In this document: positions 30,910-40,561 of the stretch, in pieces
Numbering within the stretch: the stretch's first letter is position 1
Layout: the number at the start of each line of letters is the position of its first letter
Origin: an uncultured archaeon
Lineage (GTDB): Archaea > Asgardarchaeota > Thorarchaeia > Thorarchaeales > Thorarchaeaceae
Length of the DNA: 64,000 nucleotides
Direction of reading: 5' to 3'
Assembly: GCA_964558645.1 (NCBI GenBank)
Contig: CAZLEV010000011.1
Span: 34,072 to 98,071 of the forward strand
Notes under the pieces: generated by a model
Databases searched by the model: none
Told to the model about the DNA's origin: nothing
The model's input: the letters and a program-made list of their open reading frames with translations, nothing else
Position numbers and translations under genes: made by a program

Positions 30910-32469
30910 TCAGCCTTCCTCGAGCTCCTTCATGCGTCTTTCAACAATATGAAGAATGTCTTCCTTCATCTTCTTGCCCTCTGAGATGATGCGTTCCACT
31001 TCTTCTCCAGCCTTTTTCACGAAGTCTTTGTCGCGGATGTTTCCCAGATTGATGCGGACATTGAGAGCCGCCCCCTCGATTGCTGCCATGAGGGCATGTG
31101 CTGCAACTCCAGCATCAGTGATTGCGTTGATGTTTCCATTGTCCGCGGCAACCTGGGCATGCTCCAAGGCGTTGAAAGAGTGACGCATTGTTTCGAGCGG
31201 AACCTCGGCGGCATGTATCGTCGCTGATTCGATTGCTTTCTCTTTGGCCTCCTTCTCCTTCGCTGTGGATTCTGACATCTTGTATGCCGTCATGACTTGG
31301 TCAAAGGCTTCCGAGTCTTTCTCAACGAGGCCCATGAGAACCCCTCGGTCGTTCTCGCAGGCATGACGGTGTTCTAGCATTTCCTCCCGAATCGCCGCGA
31401 ATTTTCGTCCAGAGAGAGACAGTCCAGTGACCATGCAGACAAGTGCCCCACCAAGTGAACCCATTGCCGCAGCCACGCTGCCGCCTCCGGGTGTTGCGCT
31501 GGCTCGACGAACTTGATTTCCGAACTCGATGAGTGACATCTCACTGAAGCTCTTCTCAGTTGGATCCTGCGCACCTCCCAAGTAGTAGAGGTCGAGGATC
31601 ATCTCCTGTTCGAGTTTCTCAGGCTGTACATAGTACTTGAATGCATCAAGTATAGCGAACAAGGGAATCATCCCCACTATCTCGGTCTCTACAACTGTTG
31701 CTCCGAAACGTCGTGCCTCGTTGCGGACCACTTCAAGGACTTGATGAATCTTCGTCCGTTTAGGATGAATCAGGTTAAGGGAGACTTGCGTCATGCCTTT
31801 CTCAGGGAGATCAAGACCAATGCCCTGAACGTACACAAACCCGCCTGTTGTGGCGCGAACAGCATTGGCGCATGTCTTCGCAACCTCAACATCGGTAGTG
31901 TTCAGATTGCAGTTGAAAGCTATCAGGAAATGGCGTGCGCCCGTGGCCGTAGCCCCAGCAGTCGGATGTATCTTCTTTGGGCCATAGTCAGGATCCTTCT
32001 CAGATTCCACTCCAATCATCTCGCTGAGCCCCTCAAATTCGCCCTGTCGAATGTTAGGAAGCTCTCTACGGTCAATCCGAGTAGCAGACTCCGCGTAAAG
32101 ATAGACAGGCACATCATGCTTTGAGGAGTATTCCTCCGCAAACTGTTTAGATAGCTCGATGCATTCGCCTATTGTCGTACCATGAAGGGGTATGAACGGA
32201 ACAACATCCACCGCACCCATCCGAGGATGGGCACCCTCGTGCCTTGTTAGATCGATTTTCTCAACAGCAACATCGGCAGCCTTCAGTGCTGCATCTTTGA
32301 CTCTCTGTGGTTCACCGATGAATGTGAAGACAGACCGGTTGTGATCCGGGTCAAACTCGACGTCCAGAAGCCTGACACCCTCAACGCTCTTTATGGCATC
32401 TGCAAGTGCGTCAATGACCTCTTTGCGTCGCCCTTCTGAGAAATTGGGTACGCATTCAACGATTTTCAT
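30910..32469 (-). CDS. ftcD: Glutamate formiminotransferase / formiminoTHF cyclodeaminase (fused)
   Basis: VECVPNFSEGR, HNRSV and HPRMGAVDVVPF; C-terminal TPGGGSVAA and GAALNVRINL. Confidence 0.95.
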   Translation of the reverse strand: MKIVECVPNFSEGRRKEVIDALADAIKSVEGVRLLDVEFDPDHNRSVFTFIGEPQRVKDAALKAADVAVEKIDLTRHEGAHPRMGAVDVVPFIPLHGTTIGECIELSKQFAEEYSSKHDVPVYLYAESATRIDRRELPNIRQGEFEGLSEMIGVESEKDPDYGPKKIHPTAGATATGARHFLIAFNCNLNTTDVEVAKTCANAVRATTGGFVYVQGIGLDLPEKGMTQVSLNLIHPKRTKIHQVLEVVRNEARRFGATVVETEIVGMIPLFAILDAFKYYVQPEKLEQEMILDLYYLGGAQDPTEKSFSEMSLIEFGNQVRRASATPGGGSVAAAMGSLGGALVCMVTGLSLSGRKFAAIREEMLEHRHACENDRGVLMGLVEKDSEAFDQVMTAYKMSESTAKEKEAKEKAIESATIHAAEVPLETMRHSFNALEHAQVAADNGNINAITDAGVAAHALMAAIEGAALNVRINLGNIRDKDFVKKAGEEVERIISEGKKMKEDILHIVERRMKELEEG

Positions 32470-32648
32470 TCTTTGTCACTGCGGCCGCACTTCACAACCA
32501 TCTAGAAAAGCGTTTGGGCCTGACATTTGGGCGAACTATCGACCCCTCAATTAGAGGATATACTGGAGTGTGTCACGAAACTGTGCGAGCTGTCTTACAG
32601 AAACGAGCAAGCTGCCAACTGCGAGCCCTCAGCATCTCGTGTACGTTA

Positions 32649-33578
32649 CTAGCTAACATACGATCCGTAATCGATAGCAACGGTCGTTAGAACGTTTGTC
32701 TGAGCCTGCTGGAAGGAGTAAGCAGCTAGAACGTTCTTGAGAAGCATCGCAATGGTCATGGGACCAACTCCCCCTGGCACTGGAGTTATGTACGATGCGA
32801 TGTCTTTGACTTCGTCAAAGTCCACATCACCATTAGGGGTAGCGACATCGATGACGATGGCACCTTTCTTCACCATGTCCGCGGTAATGAAGTACGGATC
32901 ATCATCTCCTTGGCGTCGACCCACTGCAGTAACGAGTATGTCAGCCTGTTTCGTCATGGAAGGCAAGTCGCGGGTATGTGAATGGCAAACGGTGACCGTG
33001 ATGTTCCTATTCAGGAGCAGGAAGATCAGGGGTTTCCCCACAATTGTTGATCTGTTGACGATGACAGCGTGCATCCCGTCCAGATCAACCCCCAGCAAAT
33101 CCAGCATCGTCACAATGCCTTGTGGTGTAGCCGAACAGAGCATCTCACCACCATAGAAGAGACGATAGATGTTCCGGGGAGAGAAACCGTCAACATCCTT
33201 GCTCGGGTCGATAGCGCTAATGATGGTTTCTTCCTCAATGTGCCTTGGCAACGGGAGCTGAACCAGAATACCATGAACACTCGCATCTCGGTTGAGCTGC
33301 TCAATCAGTTTCATCAGGTCTTCTTCGCTCGTGTCACTCGGTAACGAATAGCCATCAGAAATGATGCCCGCTCCCTTGCACGCACGGTGTTTCATTCTGA
33401 CATACATCTTTGAGCCTGGGTCTTCTCCAACTATAACCGTAGTCAGTTTGGGAGCAATTCCATGTAGCTCTGTCAGGCGCTCTACTTCAGATGCAATCTG
33501 GGAGCGAATCCTCTTGCTCAGTTTCTTTCCATCGATGACATTACCTTCGATGAAATCTTCAGGCTTGATTCGTTTCAC
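32649..33578 (-). CDS. folD: Methylene-THF dehydrogenase/cyclohydrolase
   Basis: YVRMK, GILVQLPLP, KDVDG, RSTIVGKP and TPVPGGVGPMT motifs. Confidence 0.96.
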   Translation of the reverse strand: MKRIKPEDFIEGNVIDGKKLSKRIRSQIASEVERLTELHGIAPKLTTVIVGEDPGSKMYVRMKHRACKGAGIISDGYSLPSDTSEEDLMKLIEQLNRDASVHGILVQLPLPRHIEEETIISAIDPSKDVDGFSPRNIYRLFYGGEMLCSATPQGIVTMLDLLGVDLDGMHAVIVNRSTIVGKPLIFLLLNRNITVTVCHSHTRDLPSMTKQADILVTAVGRRQGDDDPYFITADMVKKGAIVIDVATPNGDVDFDEVKDIASYITPVPGGVGPMTIAMLLKNVLAAYSFQQAQTNVLTTVAIDYGSYVS

Positions 33579-33590
33579 TGCACAAACCTC

Positions 33591-35189
33591 CTAGAAGACC
33601 CCGTAGATATCACCATCTTCATCTAGGCCCATTCCAATTGCCGCAGGTTCTTCGGGCAAGCCGGGCATCAGCATGACATCGCCCATGTACACAATCACAA
33701 ATCCGGCACCAGCACTGACGTCAACATCTCGTACAAAGACCTCAAAGCCGGTCGGGCGTCCTTTAAGTCGCGGATTGTCAGAGATGCTGAACTGCGTCTT
33801 GGCAACACAGATGGGCAACTCACCGTATCCACGCCTCTCCAATGAACGTATCGGGCCGCGCGCATTGTCCGAAAAGATCACCCCATCTGCCCCATACACT
33901 TTCGTGGATAGCTTCTCGATCTTGGTCTTCAGGTCATCTTTGAGATCATATGTCGGTATCACCTTGGCATCTGCGTCGACTGCATCCAATACGGCTGAGG
34001 CCAAATCCTCTCCACCCTTGCTTCCTTCTGCAAATACATCAGAAACCTCCATGGACAAACCTCGCTCATCACAGAATGAACGGAGAGTATCTATCTCCGA
34101 ATCCGTATCGTCCGGAAACCTGTTCAGTGCAATCACTGCAGGCAATCCAAAGTCACGGATATTCTCAACATGCTTCTGTAGATTCGGAAAACCTTTGTCG
34201 AGTTCGCCGTCACCGTGCTCTTTCAGTGCACGGATTGAGGTGACAATGACAACAGCGTTGACATCGAAGTCTCCGGCGCGAGTGACTATATTGAGAAACT
34301 TCTCTGCACCAAGGTCAGCGCCAAAACCTGCTTCGATGACCACATAATCAAAGAGCCTCAATGCGATATCAGTAGCTATGACCGAGTTAGTCCCATGTGC
34401 AATGTTTGCAAATGGTCCTGTGTGAATGATGGCCGGTGTTCCCTCACTGGTCTGTACAAGATTTGGTTTCAGGGCGTCTTTGAGAAGCACACTCATCGCT
34501 CCCTCAGCCTTGAGATCGCCCGCATATACCTCCTTCAAGTTCATGTCACGTGAGAGTAGGATCCGTGAGAGGCGCTTCTGCAAGTCATCATAGTCTTTAG
34601 CCAGAGCAAGAATTGCCATGATCTCGGAGGCGGCCGTAATGACAAACCTGTCTTCTCGAGGAAATCCGTTGGACTTGCCACCTAAGCCCACCATGACGTT
34701 TCTGAGGGCTCGGTCATTCATGTCTATGGCGCGGGGCCAGTAGACTCTCCTGACATCAATACCGAGTTCGTTGTCTTGGTGAACATGATTATCCATCATC
34801 GCTGAGAGAAGATTATGCGCTGCAGTGATTGCCGGGAAATCCGCGGTGAACATCAGATTGATGCGGTCAGAGGGCAGTACCTTGGACTTGCCACCACCAG
34901 TTGCTCCACCCTTGATACCGAATACAGGACCGAGAGAGGGTTCTCGAAGAGTCACAACAGCGTCATGGCCCATTGCATTGAGAGCCATCGAGAGTCCAAT
35001 CGAGGTTGTCGTTTTCCCCTCTCCAGCCGGCGTGGGCGTTGTCGCCGTGACCAGTATCAATTTGCCCTTTCTCTTACCGAGCTTCCTTCGTATATCTAAG
35101 TCAATCTTCGCCATGTACTTCCCATAGGGCTCAAGGAATTCTTCTGAAATGCCAGCTTTTTCAGCCACCTTAGTTATGTGAATCATCAT
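33591..35189 (-). CDS. fhs: Formate-tetrahydrofolate ligase
   Basis: TPAGEGKTT, LREPSLGP, KGGATGGG, GPFANIAHG, EAGFGADLGAEKF and MPGLP motifs. Confidence 0.97.
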   Translation of the reverse strand: MMIHITKVAEKAGISEEFLEPYGKYMAKIDLDIRRKLGKRKGKLILVTATTPTPAGEGKTTTSIGLSMALNAMGHDAVVTLREPSLGPVFGIKGGATGGGKSKVLPSDRINLMFTADFPAITAAHNLLSAMMDNHVHQDNELGIDVRRVYWPRAIDMNDRALRNVMVGLGGKSNGFPREDRFVITAASEIMAILALAKDYDDLQKRLSRILLSRDMNLKEVYAGDLKAEGAMSVLLKDALKPNLVQTSEGTPAIIHTGPFANIAHGTNSVIATDIALRLFDYVVIEAGFGADLGAEKFLNIVTRAGDFDVNAVVIVTSIRALKEHGDGELDKGFPNLQKHVENIRDFGLPAVIALNRFPDDTDSEIDTLRSFCDERGLSMEVSDVFAEGSKGGEDLASAVLDAVDADAKVIPTYDLKDDLKTKIEKLSTKVYGADGVIFSDNARGPIRSLERRGYGELPICVAKTQFSISDNPRLKGRPTGFEVFVRDVDVSAGAGFVIVYMGDVMLMPGLPEEPAAIGMGLDEDGDIYGVF

Positions 35190-35331
35190 TCTGCACCAAT
35201 CTGAGTAAACAGGGTGACTTTTGACTCATAGTGTCAAGAAGCTTTCCCTTTATGTTGTTGAATACTACTTCCGAGTGCCGCTCCAAAAGAACATAAGCCC
35301 TATTGTATAGACAAGAGACGGGCTGATTGAA

Positions 35332-36633
35332 ATGGAGAGGATTCCCCTCGAGGCACTACCTGATGCATTACCGGACGGTATAGACATAGAGAATTATGTG
35401 ATATGCACCTACTATGTGGGTCTTCCCCCCTTTATGGATGCAAGACAAGTTGCACATGCTGCGGCAGTTGAGCAGAGCACAGGAACTTGGACAATGGTTC
35501 CAGGGGAGACCTTGGAAGTGCGGAAGCGGCATGTAGCCAAAGTGGTGGGCATCTATGAGGTGCCACAGTACGAATACAGCACCCCAAAGGATATCGAGCG
35601 GAGACAGTACATCATTCAAGTGGCATATCCGTGGGAGAACTTCGGCAGACAGATTCCGATGCTACTGAGCACAGTCATCGGGAATATATCACTGGGAGGG
35701 CGTATCAAGTGTCTCGATATGCGCTTTCCAAAGTCATGGTTGAAGGGCTTCAAAGGCCCGAAGTTTGGCATCAAGGGACTTCGAAAACTCCTTGGCGTGA
35801 AGAAACGACCACTACTAAACAACATGATCAAACCATGTGTGTACACATCAGCCAGTATGGGAGCGGATCTGGCCTACCAAGCTGCTGTCGGGGGGGCGGA
35901 TATTATCAAGGACGACGAGCTCCTTGCAGACCCAGAGTTCAACACGCTTGAAGAGAGGATACCGCTGTTCATGGAAGCTTTGGACAAAGCAGATTCAGAG
36001 AAAGGAGAGAAGACATTATTCACAGTAAACATCACAGACAGTGTCCCCAAGCTGTTCGATAATGCCGACAGGGCAGTTGAACTGGGAGCCAATGCGCTCA
36101 TGATAAACTTCCTCGCTGTGGGGTATTCTGCATTCAGACATGTGTGTGAAATGAGTGAGGTTCCAGTCCTTGCACACATGGACATCGCCGGGGCTCTATC
36201 GTACTCACCAATAACCGGTATTGGAACGAACATCGTGATCGGTAAGCTCCCTAGAATCTGTGGGTCGGACATAACCGTCTTCCCTGCCCCCTACGGGAAA
36301 GCACCGCTGCTGAAGGAACGCTTTCTAGCCATGGCACATCACATGATCATGCCTCTCAGAAACATCAACCCCAGTATGCCCATGCCCAGTGGCGGAATAT
36401 CTCAGGGTATGGTGGAGGAGGCGGTGGACGATCTGGGACCAGACATCGTGATTGGGTCAGGTGGAGCGATACACGCCCATCCAGATGGTCCAAGAGCTGG
36501 AGCAATGGCATTTAGGCAGGCCATTGAGGCCAAGATGAAAGGGATTCACGTCAGTGTCTATGCCAAGGAACACGAAGAGCTGAAGAAAGCTATGGACTCA
36601 TGGGGCTCCGGTCGGACTGGATTCGACCTGTAA
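35332..36633 (+). CDS. RuBisCO-like protein (form IV RLP)
   Basis: EQSTGTW, FKGPKFG, IIKDDE, SGG and GGAIHAHPDG motifs. KPC replaces the KPK of true RuBisCO. Confidence 0.9.
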   Translation: MERIPLEALPDALPDGIDIENYVICTYYVGLPPFMDARQVAHAAAVEQSTGTWTMVPGETLEVRKRHVAKVVGIYEVPQYEYSTPKDIERRQYIIQVAYPWENFGRQIPMLLSTVIGNISLGGRIKCLDMRFPKSWLKGFKGPKFGIKGLRKLLGVKKRPLLNNMIKPCVYTSASMGADLAYQAAVGGADIIKDDELLADPEFNTLEERIPLFMEALDKADSEKGEKTLFTVNITDSVPKLFDNADRAVELGANALMINFLAVGYSAFRHVCEMSEVPVLAHMDIAGALSYSPITGIGTNIVIGKLPRICGSDITVFPAPYGKAPLLKERFLAMAHHMIMPLRNINPSMPMPSGGISQGMVEEAVDDLGPDIVIGSGGAIHAHPDGPRAGAMAFRQAIEAKMKGIHVSVYAKEHEELKKAMDSWGSGRTGFDL

Positions 36634-36666
36634 TGCTGAGAAACTGGTGACAGAGAAACAGGAGGT

Positions 36667-38250
36667 TCAATGAGCCTGTTCGTTCATCTTTTTCCAGAGG
36701 TCCTTGTTCTTCTTGTAGTACTTCTTCATGATCTCATAGAGATGATCGTACGTCGCAAGAGTGTCAGCGTTAGGTTCGAAGATGTGATCAATTTTTATCT
36801 TATCTGCAACCTGATTGAAATCCCTCAGTTCCCCTAGACCCACAAATGCAACCATTGATACACCTATGCTTCCTGCTGCCTGCGGATTTTGCATCCTGTG
36901 TATTGGCTTCTGGAGGACATCAGCAAATATCTGTGGCCAAAGATCAGACTTGGCGCATCCACCAATCATGTTGATTTTCGGTACCTTCCCCAGCATCTTT
37001 CGTTTCTCGACCCCTTCCATCATCCAGCGGGTATGAAGAGCAACGCCCTCTAGTACGGATCGCACCATATGCTTCTTCGAGTGGGCCAGTGATAGATTGA
37101 AGTAACCGCCGCGTACATTATGGTCATCAAGTGGGCTGCGCTCTCCAAACATCCAAGGTGCAAAGAGTAGATTATCAGAACCCGGTTCGGACTCAGCGGC
37201 AATCTTGTCTATGACAGAAAACGGGTTTCTCTCTCCAGTCTCGCAGGCCAAACACTCCTCGGCTGCAAGGGTACGAATGTTTTCACAGAGGTCACAGTGC
37301 CATTCTTCACGTAGATGCTTCAGGCACGCGCCGGCGGACTCTTGTTCAGCCACCATGAAATACTTGCCCGGAATGGCACTACGTATTGAACCCGTGAAGG
37401 AGCTGATGTCTAGCTTCCGGTCTTCAACATGAGCCCCCAGCCAAGCACTTGACCCTGCGTAGAGATGGCATTCTTTTTCACCCACAGCCCCCGAACCAAC
37501 TCCCGCAGCAGTCATATCTCCGCTCCCGTTCACGACCATGGTCTCGGTGGTGAGCCCTAGATCTCTTGCAGCGTCGGACGTCAATGACCCCACCACTTCT
37601 GTAGAAGGTGCCAGCCGGGGGAGCTTTTCAACATCAAGATTCATCCATCCCAGAATAGTCTCGGACCATTCATTGTTACCCTTGCGTGTGTTCATGAACC
37701 ACGTGAGGTTCGCACAGTCCCAGGAGGTCACATACTCGCCAGTGGTGCGAAATATCAAATAGTCCTTACAATCCAAGAATTTACAGGTCTTCTCATACAC
37801 CTCTGGGCGCTCCTCCATGATCCAGAGAATCTTCCCGATGATGTCCTTGCCTGAGGGCAGTCCACCCGTGATTCGTAGCATCCTGAGCATTCTGATTGGA
37901 TTCGAGATGATCTCCTTGTTCTGCCGAGCCGCCCTTGAGTCCATCCAGGTCATGCAATTCATCAGGGGCTCTCCGTCTTCATTAACAGGGATTGTACCCA
38001 TCATTTGAGTCGAGAAGGTGAGGGCAATCACATCTCTGGGAGACACTTTGGACTTCGATATCACTCTACGTGATGTCTCCCGGATGGCATTCCACCAGTG
38101 CCGCTCTGGGTCTTGTTCTGCCCAGTTGACTTGGGGATAGAGGACAGGGTAGCTCTCTTCTGCAGAGGCCAGAATCTTACCGTCGATACTGACAAGAGAT
38201 GCCTTATTGCCGCCGGTTCCTACATCGTGTGCTAGAACATACCCTGTCAT
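36667..38250 (-). CDS. FGGY-family carbohydrate kinase (xylulokinase-like)
   Basis: HDVGTGGNK, WAEQDP, WMDSRA, GERSP, RSVLEGV and GGCAKSDLWPQIFADV motifs. Confidence 0.92.
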   Translation of the reverse strand: MTGYVLAHDVGTGGNKASLVSIDGKILASAEESYPVLYPQVNWAEQDPERHWWNAIRETSRRVISKSKVSPRDVIALTFSTQMMGTIPVNEDGEPLMNCMTWMDSRAARQNKEIISNPIRMLRMLRITGGLPSGKDIIGKILWIMEERPEVYEKTCKFLDCKDYLIFRTTGEYVTSWDCANLTWFMNTRKGNNEWSETILGWMNLDVEKLPRLAPSTEVVGSLTSDAARDLGLTTETMVVNGSGDMTAAGVGSGAVGEKECHLYAGSSAWLGAHVEDRKLDISSFTGSIRSAIPGKYFMVAEQESAGACLKHLREEWHCDLCENIRTLAAEECLACETGERNPFSVIDKIAAESEPGSDNLLFAPWMFGERSPLDDHNVRGGYFNLSLAHSKKHMVRSVLEGVALHTRWMMEGVEKRKMLGKVPKINMIGGCAKSDLWPQIFADVLQKPIHRMQNPQAAGSIGVSMVAFVGLGELRDFNQVADKIKIDHIFEPNADTLATYDHLYEIMKKYYKKNKDLWKKMNEQAH

Positions 38251-38345
38251 GAGTCAGCCACACTTCAACTGACAAGAGTGTACTTGGCGTGCAAAATAGA
38301 TTTCGATTGCCTTTCTGACACAGCAATGGCATATATCGAGGCCAG

Positions 38346-39560
38346 TTACAGGGCGATTCGCTCGAGATTCCCCTCATGATCAATGGATTCGATAATCAAT
38401 GGAGAACCCTCTCCTGTTACATCATCTAGTTTCAGATACTCTTGCATGAGCCCAAGGAACTCAAGAGGTTTGATACATGCCTCCGGAGGCAGAACGCCTT
38501 TACCCTCCACTTTGCCTCTCTGCATGAGGAGAGCTCCAATAGCAGCTGGAATGCCAGTTCCCTCCCCCATGGACTGCCCCTCGGAAGCAAGAGAGAAGTC
38601 GAACTGGTGGTGCTTGCCCTCAACAGCACCCTTCATCGTAATCTTAAGACAACCTCGCTGTGTTCCGAAATTGGTGGCTTCCAGAATCTCGTCTCTCCGC
38701 GAAATGATATAGGCGATAGTGAATTCTCTCGGAACCACCTCCTGTCCCTTGACAATGATGGGCTCCTCGTCCACAATACCGAGCCTAACGATGCCCCTGA
38801 TCAGCTCGTAATACTCTGTCGGGATCACACATCCGAGATTCGTCACTCGCCGGCAATCAATATAGTTGGGCAATGTTATGGTCTCAGGGTGGGGGTAAGG
38901 ATAACAGCGATATGTTCCAACGCAGTGGAATTCAACATCCTCTTCAAGGGCTTGCCCGCTCTCTTCGAAGTATTTCACCGTGGTAAGCTCGCCATCGAGG
39001 TACATAGGAATATCAGCCAGCATGCTGTGAATCCTGTGAGCAACAACAGCCGGGCCCTCATTAGGCTCACCCCCGTGTGCATGAAGAATGTCAATTGAGT
39101 CCACCTCATCGAGCATGTGATCTGCACAGAACTTGGCTAGAAGATTAGCCACACCAGGCGAGCTGCCCATTCCTGTTAGGGCTGTGACATTAGCTTTCTT
39201 CGCAGCTGTATCCATCTCAAGTAGTTTCTTTGTGGCGTCAAAGTCGTCACAGACATCAACATAGTTGATTCCAGCCTCGATAACAGCTTTGAGGACTATT
39301 GGTCCATACTTGTAGAATGGCCCACAGCAATTCAGGACTACGTCTGCATTCTTGACGGCATTCGTTATGCTTCCAGCATTCCCTGCATCAACTGCAAGGG
39401 CCGAACAACTGTCAGATCCAATCTCAGCAGCCCTTTCATGCGCCCCCTCTTCATTGATGTCAGCAATGACAATCTCATCGAAATCATCGAATGAGGCAAG
39501 GGCTCGTACAGCGACACTTCCAACAATGCCGCAACCTCCAATGACCACAACTCTTGACAT
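38346..39560 (-). CDS. Saccharopine dehydrogenase-like NAD(P)-dependent oxidoreductase
   Basis: VVIGGCGIVG Rossmann motif, NCCGPF, YVDVCDD, GMGSSPG and HPETITL. Confidence 0.88.
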   Translation of the reverse strand: MSRVVVIGGCGIVGSVAVRALASFDDFDEIVIADINEEGAHERAAEIGSDSCSALAVDAGNAGSITNAVKNADVVLNCCGPFYKYGPIVLKAVIEAGINYVDVCDDFDATKKLLEMDTAAKKANVTALTGMGSSPGVANLLAKFCADHMLDEVDSIDILHAHGGEPNEGPAVVAHRIHSMLADIPMYLDGELTTVKYFEESGQALEEDVEFHCVGTYRCYPYPHPETITLPNYIDCRRVTNLGCVIPTEYYELIRGIVRLGIVDEEPIIVKGQEVVPREFTIAYIISRRDEILEATNFGTQRGCLKITMKGAVEGKHHQFDFSLASEGQSMGEGTGIPAAIGALLMQRGKVEGKGVLPPEACIKPLEFLGLMQEYLKLDDVTGEGSPLIIESIDHEGNLERIAL

Positions 39561-39581
39561 GACTATCATGAAGAGAACTGC

Positions 39582-39599
39582 CGACATATAGATATGTCG
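39582..39599. promoter_or_regulatory. Perfect inverted repeat CGACATAT-AG-ATATGTCG over the putative TATA region of the saccharopine dehydrogenase-like gene
   Basis: 8-bp arms, 22-39 bp upstream of ATG 39560. Confidence 0.5.
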
Positions 39600-39796
39600 A
39601 GCTTAACTCCACTATACGCGAGTAGGGGGATCTGATCCCTGCATCTGCGGAAGGGGTCGTGAGATTCTTACGAGTCAACCTAGAATTCATGCCGAACAGA
39701 TAGCATTACCACATGATTCCTTGGGCCACTATGGCTTTCTCATCTTTGCGACTTGCAAATGACGATGGCAGAACAAGAATTGCCTCTCTTATGAAA

Positions 39797-40528
39797 TCAG
39801 AAAATAGAAACACGGTCGCCGGGTTGAAGGTCAATTCTGTCGATAGCCCGTGCATTCCGTCGGCAGATCTCCAGAGTGCCTGCGCTACCCGTTACGATGA
39901 AGAGCTCGTCATCGGGACCTTCGCCGTACGTAGAATGGCATCTCAGGGGCATCTTCAATTCATCTTTCATAAGACAGACTTCGTCTTTGGCCAGTGGGGG
40001 CAGATTGGTGATTATGTTACCAAAGCGATCTATCCGGACGACTTGACCTTCTCGCCCGTCAAGATGAAACGTCAGAGGCACTTGAAGCGATTCCCTGTAC
40101 TCGCCCAGTCGCTTCCCCGCAACACCCTTCTCAAGATAGGCTGCCATGCGTGCAAATACGTCACGGCCGTGGAATGTTCTTGCATCCTCTTCCTCAACAG
40201 CAATTGTGAATATCTCCTCCACTCCGTCATCCTGAACAGCGGGATAGAGAACACCATTATCGGGCCCAATGAAGTTGAAATTAGCGGTCTTTACCAAGAC
40301 AGCATCGCGTTCGGTGCCAACGCCGGGATCCACCACTACCACAAAGGTTGTTCGCCGCGGGAAGTAGGAGTAGCTCCTATGAAGTATCCACGCACCTTCA
40401 ACTATCGATTGAGGACTCACAGAATGCGTGAGGTCAATGATACGAGCCTTGTCGCAGATAGAGTATATCATTCCCTTCATCATTCCGACATACTCCGACT
40501 CGCCGAAATCCGTTAGCAGTACAATCAT
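39797..40528 (-). CDS. SAM hydrolase / SAM-dependent halogenase family (DUF62)
   Basis: LLTDFG, VVDPGVG, GPDNG, TFHGRDVFA and IDRFGN motifs. Confidence 0.93.
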   Translation of the reverse strand: MIVLLTDFGESEYVGMMKGMIYSICDKARIIDLTHSVSPQSIVEGAWILHRSYSYFPRRTTFVVVVDPGVGTERDAVLVKTANFNFIGPDNGVLYPAVQDDGVEEIFTIAVEEEDARTFHGRDVFARMAAYLEKGVAGKRLGEYRESLQVPLTFHLDGREGQVVRIDRFGNIITNLPPLAKDEVCLMKDELKMPLRCHSTYGEGPDDELFIVTGSAGTLEICRRNARAIDRIDLQPGDRVSIF

Positions 40529-40561
40529 GAGAAAACCTCTATTCACCTATGTATCATTGCG

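Noticed and set aside
35332-36633. Bona fide carboxylating RuBisCO (form III)
   Set aside because: The KPK motif is altered to KPC, the HRA-type motif is replaced by HMD, and the overall pattern is form IV.
39600-39790. Lysine-riboswitch-like words (AGTAG, GAAGG, GCCGAA, TTGGG) and possible tRNA-like stems
   Set aside because: The words are on the wrong strand for the adjacent gene and their spacing does not fit. No cloverleaf or T-loop is present.
39713-40516. Long antisense ORFs (this one, and 10105-10818, 33673-34347, 38442-39098, 57277-58053)
   Set aside because: These are shadows of well-supported genes on the opposite strand and have no protein-like motifs.
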